Assembly: GCA_964430115.1 (NCBI GenBank)
Contig: CAYSEM010000002.1
Span: 1-43,269, forward strand
Direction: 5' to 3'
Source of the DNA: an uncultured Chloroflexota bacterium
GTDB taxonomy: Bacteria; Chloroflexota; Limnocylindria; Limnocylindrales; Limnocylindraceae
DNA: 43,269 nt
Both the position numbers and the translations under genes were made by a program. The notes under the pieces were generated by a model. It saw only the letters and a program-made list of their open reading frames with translations, did no database searches and had not been told where the DNA came from. How positions within the stretch are numbered: position 1 is the stretch's first letter; each line of letters begins with the position of its first letter. Shown in pieces: positions 7,600-17,129 of the stretch.

Positions 7600-7674
7600 G
7601 GGCCGGTAGCTCAGCGGTAGAGCAAGTGACTCTTAATCACTAGGTCGTGGGTTCGAATCCCACCCGGCTCACCA
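7600..7674 (+). tRNA. tRNA-Lys (anticodon CUU), CCA encoded
   Basis: Cloverleaf read by hand: acceptor GGGCCGG/CCGGCTC, D arm GCTC-AGCGGTA-GAGC, anticodon stem AGTGA/TCACT with loop CTCTTAA, T arm GTGGG-TTCGAAT-CCCAC, then ACCA. Confidence 0.9.
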
Positions 7675-7748
7675 GGAGACTGGTGTCCTTTCGAGACGAT
7701 CCTGAGAGATCGCAGATGGCCCCGTGAGGCCGGAGAGGAGCGAACGAA

Positions 7749-8930
7749 ATGAGTGACGCGCCACGTCGAACACTGGCACCGTATCGTCGCTCCCTCATCC
7801 CACTTCCAGAGTCTGCATCTGTTGTTGACGCGCGCATTGGCGATCACGGACCAGCACTCCTCACCCTTGAAGATGGGAGCGTCTTCCCAGGTGTTGCCTG
7901 GGGTGCGCCGAGCGCCTCCGGTGGCGACCTTGTGGTCAACACGAGTCAGACGGGCTACCAAGAGATCTGCACCGACCCGAGCTATGCGGGGCAGGTCGTG
8001 CTGATGACGTACCCCTTGATTGGAAACTACGGTCGTTTGGTCGCGGACGATCAATCGTCGCGACCCTGGCTGCGCGGCCTCATCGTTGCTAACGCCACCG
8101 CAGCGATCACAGAAGACGCGGCGCAGTTGGCATCGCTGCTCCGACAGCATGGAGTCCCAGCGATCGCGGGCGTTGAGACGCGTAGCCTTGCACGACGCTT
8201 GCGCGAGACAGGAGCGCAGCGAGCGCGGATTTCCGCACCGTGGGAGGCAGATGCAGAGGCCGCCATCGCGGCTACGCGCGCGCTGCCACGTTGGGAGGAC
8301 CAGGACTTTGTTGGCCAGGTGTCGCCCAGCAGCGTTCAGACGCATGGAGAGGCGAGCGAGCCGCTCGTGGCAGTGATTGACTTTGGGTTGAAGGCGAACA
8401 TTGTTCGCGCACTCCGTGCGCGTGGCTTTCGCGTGCGAATCCATCCACACACCGCAACCGTTGACGAGGTGCTTGTGGGTGCGCCGCGCGGCGTGGTCCT
8501 CTCCCCAGGACCGGGTGACCCAGCGCGACTTGAGGGACCCGTTGCACTTGCGCGCGCACTGATCGCGAATGGTGAGCCACTCCTCGGCATCTGTCTGGGC
8601 CATCAGATCATCGGTCGTGCCGCAGGGGCGATGACTCGACGCCTCGCCGTTGGGCACCACGGCGCGAATCATCCGGTGCGCGATCTGCCGAGTGGGAGCG
8701 TCTACGTCACTGCGCAGAATCACGAGGTGGAGGTTGTCGGCGAGACGCTCCCTCCAACGTCAGGATTTGAGGTGAGCCAGATCAACTTGAACGACAACTC
8801 TGTTGAAGGGTTGCGGCACAGAAGTCTCCCCATTGAGACGGTGCAGTATCACCCAGAGGGTTCACCAGGGCCGCTGGATGCGACGCCAGTCTTTGATCGA
8901 TTCGCGCGCGCGATTGAGGCGAGGAGATGA
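7749..8930 (+). CDS. carA: Carbamoyl-phosphate synthase small (glutaminase) subunit
   Basis: LTLEDGSVFPGVAWGA...NTSQTGYQEICTDPSYAGQVVLMTYPLIGNYG, and the GATase region GICLGHQ. GGAGAGGAG lies 8 nt upstream of the ATG. Confidence 0.95.
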   Translation: MSDAPRRTLAPYRRSLIPLPESASVVDARIGDHGPALLTLEDGSVFPGVAWGAPSASGGDLVVNTSQTGYQEICTDPSYAGQVVLMTYPLIGNYGRLVADDQSSRPWLRGLIVANATAAITEDAAQLASLLRQHGVPAIAGVETRSLARRLRETGAQRARISAPWEADAEAAIAATRALPRWEDQDFVGQVSPSSVQTHGEASEPLVAVIDFGLKANIVRALRARGFRVRIHPHTATVDEVLVGAPRGVVLSPGPGDPARLEGPVALARALIANGEPLLGICLGHQIIGRAAGAMTRRLAVGHHGANHPVRDLPSGSVYVTAQNHEVEVVGETLPPTSGFEVSQINLNDNSVEGLRHRSLPIETVQYHPEGSPGPLDATPVFDRFARAIEARR

Positions 8931-11900
8931 GCGGCGCGCGACCGCCGAAGCCGAAGAGCGTCCTGATCATTGGATCGGGTCCGGTGGTGATTGGGCAGGC
9001 GGCGGAGTTTGACTACGCAGGGACGCAGGCGTGTCGCGCACTTCGCGCGGAGGGTATTCGCACGATCTTGGTTAACTCAAATCCTGCAACGATCATGACC
9101 GATCCGTCCGTTGCGGACGCCGTCTACCTTGAGCCGCTCACCGTTGAGGTGATTGAACGCATCATTGCGTCTGAAAAGCCAGAGGGTCTGCTCGCGGGAC
9201 TCGGCGGACAGACGGCACTTAACCTTGCCGTCGCACTCTCAGATGCTGGCGTCTTTGAACGACATCCGATTCGCCTCCTCGGCACGCCGCTTACGGCGAT
9301 CAAGGCGGCGGAGGATCGCGAGCTCTTCCGAGCAATGTGTGATCGAATCGGACAGCCAACGGCACCAAGCGCGATCGTTGAAGGGGAGACGCCCGCGGCC
9401 CGCGACGCCGCGGCGGAGGCGGCACTCGCGCAGATCGGACTCCCTGCGATCGTGCGCCCAGCCTTCACGCTCGGTGGGACGGGCGGCGGGATCGTGGTGA
9501 CGGAGGAGGAGTACTGGGAGCGCGTCCGCAGCGGCCTGCGCGCGAGCCCCATTGGCCAGGTGATGGTGGAGCGCTGCCTGGTTGGTTGGCAGGAGATTGA
9601 GTACGAGGTGATGCGCGACGCGGAGGGGACCTGCATTGCGGTCTGCTCCATGGAGAACGTCGACCCGCTCGGCGTGCACACCGGTGACAGCATCGTCGTC
9701 GCGCCAGTGCAGACGCTACCAGATCCGGTGCACCAGCGGCTGCGCAGCGCCTCGCTCGACATCATTCGCGCACTGGGCGTGGAGGGTGGCTGCAACGTGC
9801 AGCTCGCACTCTCACCCGACTACCGCGACTACGTGGTGATTGAGGTGAACCCGCGCGTCAGTCGCAGCTCGGCGCTCGCGAGCAAGGCAACCGGGTATCC
9901 GATTGCCCGCGTAGCGGCGCAGATCGCCATCGGCCGCACTCTGCGCGAGATCCCAAACGCGGTGACGGGGACAACAGTGGCGGCGTTTGAGCCGGCGCTC
10001 GACTACATCGTGGTGAAGTTGCCGCGCTTCCCGTTTGACAAGTTCCCTGGTGCCGATCGCCTCCTCGGGAGTCAGATGAAGGCGACGGGCGAAGTGATGG
10101 CGATCGATCGTACGTTTGGCGCTGCGCTCAATAAGGCGCTCCGCTCAATGGAGCAGAAGGGGAGTGGGCCAACTGCGGAGGAGGCGTCATGGGACGGTGA
10201 ACTTGCGGCGATCGCTGCGCACGGCGGCAAAGGCCTTAAGGAATTCCTCCGTCCTTCTGATTCGCGACTCTGGCGTCTCCTCGCCGCGATGCGACGCGGG
10301 GTCAGTGAAGAGGAGATTCACGTAGCGACAGGGATCACGCGATGGTTCCTTGCAGAGTTCGCGCGACTCATCTCCATTGAGCACCGCGTGCGCGAGGCGG
10401 GTCGCACGCTGATCGGGCCCGATCCCGCATCCATCTCTCTGCTCGCCACAGCGAAGCGCTCTGCAATCGGTGACGAGGATCTCGCCCGCATCTCAGGCCT
10501 GGAGGAGGCGCGCATCACCACGCGGCGCGCGCAACTCGGCCTTACTCCTGGATATGCAATGGTGGATACCTGTGCCGCAGAGTTTGCGGCGGTGACACCG
10601 TACTTCTACAGCACCTTCGCCGCGGCCGGCTCGCCCGCTGAGGCGCCGCCTGTAACGCGACCAGCGGCGCTGGTGATCGGCTCTGGTCCCGTGCGCATCG
10701 GGCAGGGGATTGAGTTTGATTACTGTGCGGTGCGCGCCGCTGAGCGGCTGCGCGAACGCGGCTGGTCGGCGGTGATGGTGAACAGTAACCCGGAGACGGT
10801 CTCCACCGACTTTGACGCTTCCACGCGCCTCTACTTTGAGCCGCTCGATGCGGAATCAATCATGGAGATCATTCGCGCGGAGTCACCAGAGGGGGTGGAG
10901 ACGCTCCCCGCATTCGTGCAGTTCGGCGGTCAGACGCCGCTCAACCTCGCCGCACCACTCGCCGCCGCAGGCGTACCACTCCTCGGTGCCTCGCCTGAGG
11001 CGATTGACGAGACTGAGGATCGTGTCCGCTTCGCCGCGCTCCTGGATCGTCTCGGTATCCTGCAACCGCAAGGTGGCCTCGCTCGCAGTCGCGCCGATGC
11101 GCTCGCGCTCGCCGAGAGGATCGGTTATCCGGTGATCGTGCGTCCGTCGTATGTGATCGGCGGACTCGCCATTGACTTCGCATACACACCAGACGACCTG
11201 ACTCGCCAGCTGGAGCGGATCGGTGAGATCGCCGCGGCGCGTCCGTTGCGCATTGACCGGTTCTTGGAAGGGATCGAGATTGATATCGATGCCGTGACGG
11301 ACGGCGAGACCGTGTTGATTCCAGGACTCCTGGAGCACGTGGAGCTCGCTGGTGTGCACTCGGGCGATTCGATCGCGGTCTATCCGCCGCAGCGAATCTC
11401 TGCGTCGCGCCAGGCGGAGGTGGCGGAGATCTTCATGCGGCTGGTGCGCGAGATTGGCGTTCGCGGCTTGGTGAATGCGCAGTTCATCGTGCGCGAAGAG
11501 GGGATCTACCTGATCGAGGTGAACCCTCGTGCGAGTCGGACCGTCCCGTTCATGAGTAAGGTGACGGGGATCCCAATGGTGCCGCTCGCAGTGGACATTG
11601 CGCTCGGCGACACGCTGGCGAGCGCCGGGTACCGCTCCGGCGTGACATCTGCGCCGACCGGCGTTGCGGTGAAGGCTCCCGCGTTCAGCACTGCAAAGCT
11701 GCGCGGCGTGGATCCAACGCTTGGGCCATTCATGCAGAGCACTGGCGAGGTGATCGGGATTGGCGTGAACGCACGCGACGCGATTGGGAAGGCGCTGATC
11801 GCCGCGAACCTCCTCCCGCCTCCGCCGCGTGACGCGCAACGGACGATCCTGCTCAGCATTGCGGATCGAGACAAAGGGCTCTTGGCGCAGCTCGCGCAGC

Positions 11901-12265
11901 CACTTATTGAGGCTGGCTATGCGATCGCCGCAACCCCAGGGACGCGTGAAGCACTGGCAGCGCTGGGCATTCACGCGACGGCGGCGAATCCGATCGGCGC
12001 CGGCGCACGTGACGGCGCGCCCGAGATCGCCGAACTGATTCGATCGGGCTCCATCGCTGCGGTGGTGAATACGCCCTCCCCCGAGAGCGGCGTCTTGCGT
12101 GACGCGCTAGAGATTCGCCTAACCGCGGTCGAGGAGGGCGTCCTCTGTCTCACCACGATGGAGACGGCGGTGGCGGCTGCAGAATCACTCGCCGTGCGCA
12201 ACGCGCTCTCCCGCGTGGCGATCGCCCCGCTCGGCAACGGAGGGTTGCGTGAGCGGCTACGATAG
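8927..12265 (+). CDS. carB: Carbamoyl-phosphate synthase large subunit
   Basis: 1112 aa with duplicated ATP-grasp halves (VLIIGSGPVVIGQAAEFDYAGTQA and ALVIGSGPVRIGQGIEFDYCAV). ATGA overlap with carA. Confidence 0.97.
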   Translation: MSGARPPKPKSVLIIGSGPVVIGQAAEFDYAGTQACRALRAEGIRTILVNSNPATIMTDPSVADAVYLEPLTVEVIERIIASEKPEGLLAGLGGQTALNLAVALSDAGVFERHPIRLLGTPLTAIKAAEDRELFRAMCDRIGQPTAPSAIVEGETPAARDAAAEAALAQIGLPAIVRPAFTLGGTGGGIVVTEEEYWERVRSGLRASPIGQVMVERCLVGWQEIEYEVMRDAEGTCIAVCSMENVDPLGVHTGDSIVVAPVQTLPDPVHQRLRSASLDIIRALGVEGGCNVQLALSPDYRDYVVIEVNPRVSRSSALASKATGYPIARVAAQIAIGRTLREIPNAVTGTTVAAFEPALDYIVVKLPRFPFDKFPGADRLLGSQMKATGEVMAIDRTFGAALNKALRSMEQKGSGPTAEEASWDGELAAIAAHGGKGLKEFLRPSDSRLWRLLAAMRRGVSEEEIHVATGITRWFLAEFARLISIEHRVREAGRTLIGPDPASISLLATAKRSAIGDEDLARISGLEEARITTRRAQLGLTPGYAMVDTCAAEFAAVTPYFYSTFAAAGSPAEAPPVTRPAALVIGSGPVRIGQGIEFDYCAVRAAERLRERGWSAVMVNSNPETVSTDFDASTRLYFEPLDAESIMEIIRAESPEGVETLPAFVQFGGQTPLNLAAPLAAAGVPLLGASPEAIDETEDRVRFAALLDRLGILQPQGGLARSRADALALAERIGYPVIVRPSYVIGGLAIDFAYTPDDLTRQLERIGEIAAARPLRIDRFLEGIEIDIDAVTDGETVLIPGLLEHVELAGVHSGDSIAVYPPQRISASRQAEVAEIFMRLVREIGVRGLVNAQFIVREEGIYLIEVNPRASRTVPFMSKVTGIPMVPLAVDIALGDTLASAGYRSGVTSAPTGVAVKAPAFSTAKLRGVDPTLGPFMQSTGEVIGIGVNARDAIGKALIAANLLPPPPRDAQRTILLSIADRDKGLLAQLAQPLIEAGYAIAATPGTREALAALGIHATAANPIGAGARDGAPEIAELIRSGSIAAVVNTPSPESGVLRDALEIRLTAVEEGVLCLTTMETAVAAAESLAVRNALSRVAIAPLGNGGLRERLR
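12258..12263 (+). promoter_or_regulatory. Candidate -10 hexamer TACGAT inside the carB 3' end, 6 nt upstream of the ATG at 12270 (leaderless)
   Basis: TACGAT, then AGTGGC, then ATG. No Shine-Dalgarno sequence. Confidence 0.35.
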
Positions 12266-12269
12266 TGGC

Positions 12270-12659
12270 ATGCAACTTGAGTACGTCGCTGGGGCCTGCA
12301 ACATTGGACCTGAGGAGATCACGCGCCGGAAGCGCGCGGCAGCCGCAGGTTTCGTCGCCACGCTACTGCTCGCGGTCGCACTCGTTGTGCTCGGCACCCC
12401 GAGCGGCCTCGGCCCGCGACTACTGATCGCACTTCCGCTGACGGGCGCCGCGATCGGTTGGATCCAGGCTCAGCGCCGCTTCTGCATGGCCTACGGACTT
12501 GCAGGCACCTTCAATCTCGGAAAGATTGGTGAGATGAGCCGCGTGACAAACAGCGCTGCACTCGCCGCTGATCGCCGCACTGCGCTCGTGATCGCAGTAC
12601 AGGGGCTGGCTGTTGGACTCGCCGGCGCGCTCCTCTTCTCGCTCCTTCCGTTGAACTAA
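12270..12659 (+). CDS. Small membrane protein, possibly YgaP/DUF2892-like
   Basis: CNIGPEEITRRKR followed by two or three hydrophobic helices and RRFCMAYGLAGTFN resembles the DUF2892 pattern; I am recalling that pattern from memory and hold it weakly. I prefer the ATG at 12270 to the track GTG at 12249. Confidence 0.6.
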   Translation: MQLEYVAGACNIGPEEITRRKRAAAAGFVATLLLAVALVVLGTPSGLGPRLLIALPLTGAAIGWIQAQRRFCMAYGLAGTFNLGKIGEMSRVTNSAALAADRRTALVIAVQGLAVGLAGALLFSLLPLN

Positions 12660-12673
12660 CCGCGGCGACGCGC

Positions 12674-13954
12674 ATGTCAGCACCTCACCCAATCCCGCTG
12701 AAAGAGCGGAAGCTTGCGAACGGTCTACGCCTTATCACCGTCCTTGATCGCACTACGCCAACCGCCACCGTCAACCTCTGGTATCACGTTGGCTCCAAAG
12801 ATGAGCGCGAGGGTCGGACTGGATTTGCACATCTCTTTGAGCACCTGATGTTCCAAGGTTCGGCGAACGTTTCGAAGGCTGAGCATCTTTCGCTGATTGA
12901 GTCGGTTGGCGGGAGTGCGAATGCCACCACCTGGCTCGATCGCACCAACTACTTCGCCACCGTTCCGGCCGAGTGGGTGGAGCTGATCCTCTGGATGGAG
13001 GCGGACCGCCTCGGAACGCTTCTTGAGGCACTCGATCAGGCAAACCTTGATAACCAGCGCGATGTGGTGAAGAACGAGAAGCGTTCCAGCTACGACAACC
13101 AGCCCTACGGAACCGCATACCTAGAACTCCTGGCCCTCGCATACCCGAAGGGCCATCCGTATCACCACCCGACGATCGGATCCATGGAGGATTTGGACGC
13201 AGCGAGCCTTGAAGATGTCCGCAACTTCTTCGCCACCTGGTATGCGCCGAATAACGCGGTACTTACAGTCGTTGGCGACATCGATGAGGCGGAGATTGCT
13301 GCGGCGGTTGAGCGGCACTTTGGGGGAATTGCCGCAAATCCAGCTCTCCCTTCACACCCCGACCTCACGATATCAACTCCACTGGGTGGTGAGATACGCA
13401 AGACTGTGAAAGACAAGGTTCCTGATCCGCGCATCCATCTCGCCTATCGCGCGCCGATCCTTTCGAGCCCAGACCTCCCCGCGCTTGAGATCGCCTGTCA
13501 GATCCTCGCTGGTGGTCGTGGGAGTCGGCTGACGCGGCGACTCGTGCGCCAAGAACAGGTTGCGCAAGACGTGGGGCTTTCGGTCTTGCCCTTCGTTGGC
13601 GGGGCGTCGCTGGTTGTTGGCTCTGCCACCCTGCGACCTGGAGCCGATGCAACCAGGCTGGAGGCGCTCTTCCTAGAAGAGCTACGCGGCCTTGCAGAGC
13701 GTGGTCCAACGGCAGTTGAGATGGAGCGCGCGCGTGCGCTGATCGAATCAGAGGAGCTGGCGCTGCGCTCAGATCCTGAGATGATCGCCGATCAGATTGG
13801 GATGTACGCGACCCTCCTCAGCGACCCTGAACGCATTAATCGTGATCTAGCGATCTATCAAGGCGTAGACGCCGCTGCTATACAGCGTGTTGCGAAGCAG
13901 TACCTCGCTGATGATCGGGTGATCCTCTGGTACGAGCCAGTGGAGGCGTCATGA
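12674..13954 (+). CDS. M16-family zinc metallopeptidase (pitrilysin-like), active subunit
   Basis: Inverted zinc motif HLFEHLMFQG (HxxEH) plus the downstream NEKRS region. 426 aa. Confidence 0.9.
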   Translation: MSAPHPIPLKERKLANGLRLITVLDRTTPTATVNLWYHVGSKDEREGRTGFAHLFEHLMFQGSANVSKAEHLSLIESVGGSANATTWLDRTNYFATVPAEWVELILWMEADRLGTLLEALDQANLDNQRDVVKNEKRSSYDNQPYGTAYLELLALAYPKGHPYHHPTIGSMEDLDAASLEDVRNFFATWYAPNNAVLTVVGDIDEAEIAAAVERHFGGIAANPALPSHPDLTISTPLGGEIRKTVKDKVPDPRIHLAYRAPILSSPDLPALEIACQILAGGRGSRLTRRLVRQEQVAQDVGLSVLPFVGGASLVVGSATLRPGADATRLEALFLEELRGLAERGPTAVEMERARALIESEELALRSDPEMIADQIGMYATLLSDPERINRDLAIYQGVDAAAIQRVAKQYLADDRVILWYEPVEAS

Positions 13955-15330
13955 GCGCGGCGCGTCCTGGGCCTGGGAGCGCCCGCGCGTATCGTTTTCC
14001 GCGCGCGATCGACGGCGAGACAGCGAACGGCGTGCGCATCATCGTGCTCCCAATGCCAGCGCGACCGCTCGCATCGGTGCAGCTGATCCTCCCGAGTGGA
14101 GCCTCCGCCGAATCGCGTGAAGGGTCGGGCATTACCACAGCACTCGCTCGTCTCCTTACGGAAGGTGGAGAGCACCATGATGCTGATGCGCTGGTAGAGG
14201 CGAGCGAACTTCTCGGCGCAAAGATTGGGGCAGAGGCGGGATGGGAGAGCCTGGTGATCAGCGCGACACTCCCTGCGGGACGACTTGCTGGAATCCTGCC
14301 GCTGATAGCGGAGATCGCAGTCGCCCCACGGCTCCCCGAGCGCGAGATTGAACGCGTGAAGGCACTCCGTCTCGCCGCCATTGATCAGGTGCAGGCGAGC
14401 CCGCGTGCCCGAGCAAGCGAGGCACTGGTCGCCGCCATTTATGACGAAGGGGCGGCGTACTCGAGACCAGCGGGCGGCACGCGAGAAAGCGTCTCCGCGA
14501 TTGATCGGACGGCGCTGCTCGCGTGGCATCAGCAACTCCTCTCCGCCGGTCGACCAACCATTGTGATCGCTGGAGAACTTGATCCCGCTGCAGCAATCCG
14601 CGCCGTACAAGAGAGTCCACTTGCAGCGTTGACGTGTGGCAGCGGAAAGGCACATGCGCCGGCCGATACGTCGTCGCCGATCAGCAGTGAGCGCAGTGGG
14701 GCGCCGCACCTTCTGCTCCTTGATCGACCCGGCTCTGTTCAGTCGGAGCTGCGCATCGGTCGACTCGGCCGCTCCCGCCTCGATCCGCTCTTCCACGCGG
14801 CACTCGTCCACTCTGAGGTTCTCGGTGGGCTCTTTGGCTCGCGACTCAATCGAGTGCTCCGCGAGGAGAAGGGGTACACCTACGGTGCCGCGGCAGGATT
14901 CGAATTCCGACGCGGTCGCGGGCCATTCACCGCACGCACCGCAGTGGAGAGTTCGGTAACCGCCGCGGCGCTCGTCGAGGCGCGCACACAGCTCGGATCA
15001 CTCGCCACGGATCCAGCGACAGAAGAAGAGCTCACCGCCGCACGGCAGTATCTTCGCGGGACGTTCCCACTTCGATTCGGCACCGCCTCCGCTGTGGCCG
15101 GGGCAGTCACCGCTCTTGTGGCGAACGACCTTGGCGCCGACGAGTTGGATCAGTTCCAGTCCTCCGTTGAGTCGGTCCCAGCCGCTGCGGTGGCTCAGGT
15201 GGCAGAGGAGCTGTCAGCGGAGCGAGAGCGCATCGTGGTCGTTGGCGACGCCGCCGCCATTGAAGCACCGCTGCGCGATGCAGGATTTGCGGTCGAGGTG
15301 CGCAGTGAGCCAGTGAAGGGGGAGTCATAG
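13951..15330 (+). CDS. M16-family peptidase, non-catalytic partner subunit
   Basis: M16 size and architecture, ATGA-coupled to the upstream M16 gene, and no HxxEH motif. Confidence 0.85.
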   Translation: MSAARPGPGSARAYRFPRAIDGETANGVRIIVLPMPARPLASVQLILPSGASAESREGSGITTALARLLTEGGEHHDADALVEASELLGAKIGAEAGWESLVISATLPAGRLAGILPLIAEIAVAPRLPEREIERVKALRLAAIDQVQASPRARASEALVAAIYDEGAAYSRPAGGTRESVSAIDRTALLAWHQQLLSAGRPTIVIAGELDPAAAIRAVQESPLAALTCGSGKAHAPADTSSPISSERSGAPHLLLLDRPGSVQSELRIGRLGRSRLDPLFHAALVHSEVLGGLFGSRLNRVLREEKGYTYGAAAGFEFRRGRGPFTARTAVESSVTAAALVEARTQLGSLATDPATEEELTAARQYLRGTFPLRFGTASAVAGAVTALVANDLGADELDQFQSSVESVPAAAVAQVAEELSAERERIVVVGDAAAIEAPLRDAGFAVEVRSEPVKGES

Positions 15331-15912
15331 ATGATCGCCATCATCGGCAGTCCTGTTGCAGAGTTGGCCGCTGACGGGTCACACCAGGCGGGTGGCCTCG
15401 GCGTGCGCGTTGCCCGCGCGCTCGTCCGTGGCGACGAGCGGGTGGAGATAATTGGTCGAATTGGCGCGGATCGCATTGGGGAGGAGCTGACCCTGTCGCT
15501 TGCCCGCGATGGCGTAGGTCACGTTGCCCTCCTGCGTGACGCTGCGCTCGCTACTCCCGTTGGCGCCGCAGCGCGCGGAATCGACCTTGATCGCGGGGAC
15601 GCACAACTTGGCCTCCGCTATCTCACGAGCTTCTCTGCGGTCCTCTTGATTGATCCCGCGAACGTCACGCTTGTTCAGGGCGTGACAGAGGAGTCAGCCT
15701 ATGGTGGCGCGCACCTGGTCGTTGTCGGCGACGCCGATCTGGAGCACGGAGTGGTGGCTCCAGCCGAGAGCGGCGCGCCTGGTACTCCCACGTCACTGCG
15801 TGAGGTTGCACCGCCACTCTTCGTGGCGCGCCCTAGCGCGGAGAGTGCAGAATTTGACGCATACCTTGCTGGACTTCTCGCATCGGATGAGGGTGGGTCG
15901 GCGAAGGCCTAG
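15331..15912 (+). CDS. Truncated PfkB/ribokinase-like protein (N-terminal part only)
   Basis: MIAIIGSPVAELAADGS..GGLGVRVARALVRGDERVEIIGRIGADRIGEELTLSLARDGVGHV follows the PfkB N-terminal pattern. At 193 aa it lacks the C-terminal GAGD/anion-hole motif. Its ATG immediately follows the upstream TAG. Confidence 0.55.
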   Translation: MIAIIGSPVAELAADGSHQAGGLGVRVARALVRGDERVEIIGRIGADRIGEELTLSLARDGVGHVALLRDAALATPVGAAARGIDLDRGDAQLGLRYLTSFSAVLLIDPANVTLVQGVTEESAYGGAHLVVVGDADLEHGVVAPAESGAPGTPTSLREVAPPLFVARPSAESAEFDAYLAGLLASDEGGSAKA

Positions 15913-15921
15913 CCGATCGCA

Positions 15922-15927
15922 TACGCT
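15922..15927 (+). promoter_or_regulatory. Candidate internal -10 hexamer TACGCT, 6 nt upstream of the GTG at 15934
   Basis: TACGCT, then CAGCGG, then GTG. No Shine-Dalgarno sequence. Confidence 0.3.
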
Positions 15928-15933
15928 CAGCGG

Positions 15934-17127
15934 GTGGACATCAACGAACTCCTGCGCACAAGTGGGCCGATCAGCCACGACGATGCCGGTCGCCTGATTG
16001 ATGCGGGCGCCGATGCGCTCGACGCTGGTGACGCTGAGGCTGCGCTGGAGTGCTTCTGGCGTGCCGCTGGGAGTGGCGATCTGAACCTTGCTGGACGCGC
16101 ATCCATTGGGGCTGCAGAGGCGTTGGTGCGACTCGGCCGCGATGATGAGGCTCGTGATCTCCTGCAGGGGGCCAGCCAGAGCGGAGAGCAGGAGGTGCGC
16201 TTTGTGGCGCGTCGACGCCTCGCCGTACTTCACGTCACGGCTGGTCGACTGCAAGACGCTCTTGCCGAGTATCAGCGCGCGGAACGCGACGCACCCAACG
16301 ATCGCGCGCGCGCCGAAGTGGCTTCGAGGATCGGCTGGTTGATTAAGGAGACAGGTGGAAGCGGCGTACGGGCACGGCTCGCGTTTGCTCGCTCCCGCGG
16401 TGGTGTGGCGGATCGCGTAACGCCTCTGGTGATGCTTGCAGTCACAGGTACCATTTCAGCCGCCGCCCTCGCGCTGCCGCGCCTCCTTGAGCCGCTTGCA
16501 CTGATCAAGGTAGACAACGCGAACGGTGACTTCTTGAGTACAGAGCCGTGGCGCCTTCTGACGGTTGCGCTTGTGCACGGTAGTCCTCTCCATCTCCTCT
16601 TTAATCTCTTTGCTATGGATCTCGGCGCGCGTCTGGTGCAGCGCCTCTACGGCCCGCAGCGCCTCCTCCTCTGGTATCTGCTCGGCGTCGTTGGCGCATC
16701 GCTCGCGAGTGCAATCTGGACGCAGCAAATCCCATCGGTCGGAGCATCAGGTGGCGTGTTTGCCCTCTTCGGCGTCGCCCTCGGCGCCGAGTGGGCACAC
16801 CGCCCACTCGTGGAGCGCGGCGTGCGCGCGGCTCTCGCACAGATTGGTGGATTGATCGCGATCAATCTCATCTTCGGCCTTGGGTTGAATGTTGCAGGCG
16901 GCGGGATTGACAACGCGGCGCATCTCGGCGGCTTGGCACTTGGCTTAGTGCTCGGCGTGCTCATGCCGCCAACGCGTGCGGAGTCGATGCGCAGCCGTTG
17001 GGCGGGAGTGATCAGTCGCGGCGCCGGCCGCGAACAGCTCTACACCCTGATCGTGGCATTCGCTCTTCTGGTGATCTTCATCAACTGGTACTCGCTCGCG
17101 CAAGTGCGAGTCGCGCTGCCGTTCTAG
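15934..17127 (+). CDS. Rhomboid-family intramembrane serine protease with an N-terminal TPR-like cytoplasmic domain
   Basis: HGSPLHLLFNLFAM, the catalytic GASGGVFALFG (GxSG) and AHLGGLALG (His). About 170 aa of helical-repeat sequence at the N-terminus. Confidence 0.85.
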   Translation: MDINELLRTSGPISHDDAGRLIDAGADALDAGDAEAALECFWRAAGSGDLNLAGRASIGAAEALVRLGRDDEARDLLQGASQSGEQEVRFVARRRLAVLHVTAGRLQDALAEYQRAERDAPNDRARAEVASRIGWLIKETGGSGVRARLAFARSRGGVADRVTPLVMLAVTGTISAAALALPRLLEPLALIKVDNANGDFLSTEPWRLLTVALVHGSPLHLLFNLFAMDLGARLVQRLYGPQRLLLWYLLGVVGASLASAIWTQQIPSVGASGGVFALFGVALGAEWAHRPLVERGVRAALAQIGGLIAINLIFGLGLNVAGGGIDNAAHLGGLALGLVLGVLMPPTRAESMRSRWAGVISRGAGREQLYTLIVAFALLVIFINWYSLAQVRVALPF

Positions 17128-17129
17128 CC

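Noticed and set aside
7544-7748. tRNA-Lys (and tRNA-Leu at 28525-28610) as integration sites of a genomic island
   Set aside because: There is no direct repeat of either tRNA 3' end elsewhere in the window and no integrase or recombinase. The flanking genes are core metabolism.
7611-8723. 370-aa minus-strand ORF antisense to carA, running through tRNA-Lys
   Set aside because: It lies entirely opposite a gene with unmistakable CarA motifs. Its translation is Arg/Ser/Cys/Trp-rich with no motif. Long antisense ORFs are expected in high-GC DNA.
12249-12269. GTG at 12249 as the start of the small membrane protein
   Set aside because: It overlaps carB by 17 nt. The ATG at 12270 has TACGAT at the recurrent 6-nt offset. 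Not excluded, only less likely.
16998-17129. Longer start (16998) for the 17130-17900 gene
   Set aside because: It would overlap the last 130 nt of the rhomboid gene. An in-frame GTG sits 2 nt after the rhomboid stop, matching the packing style of the rest of the block.
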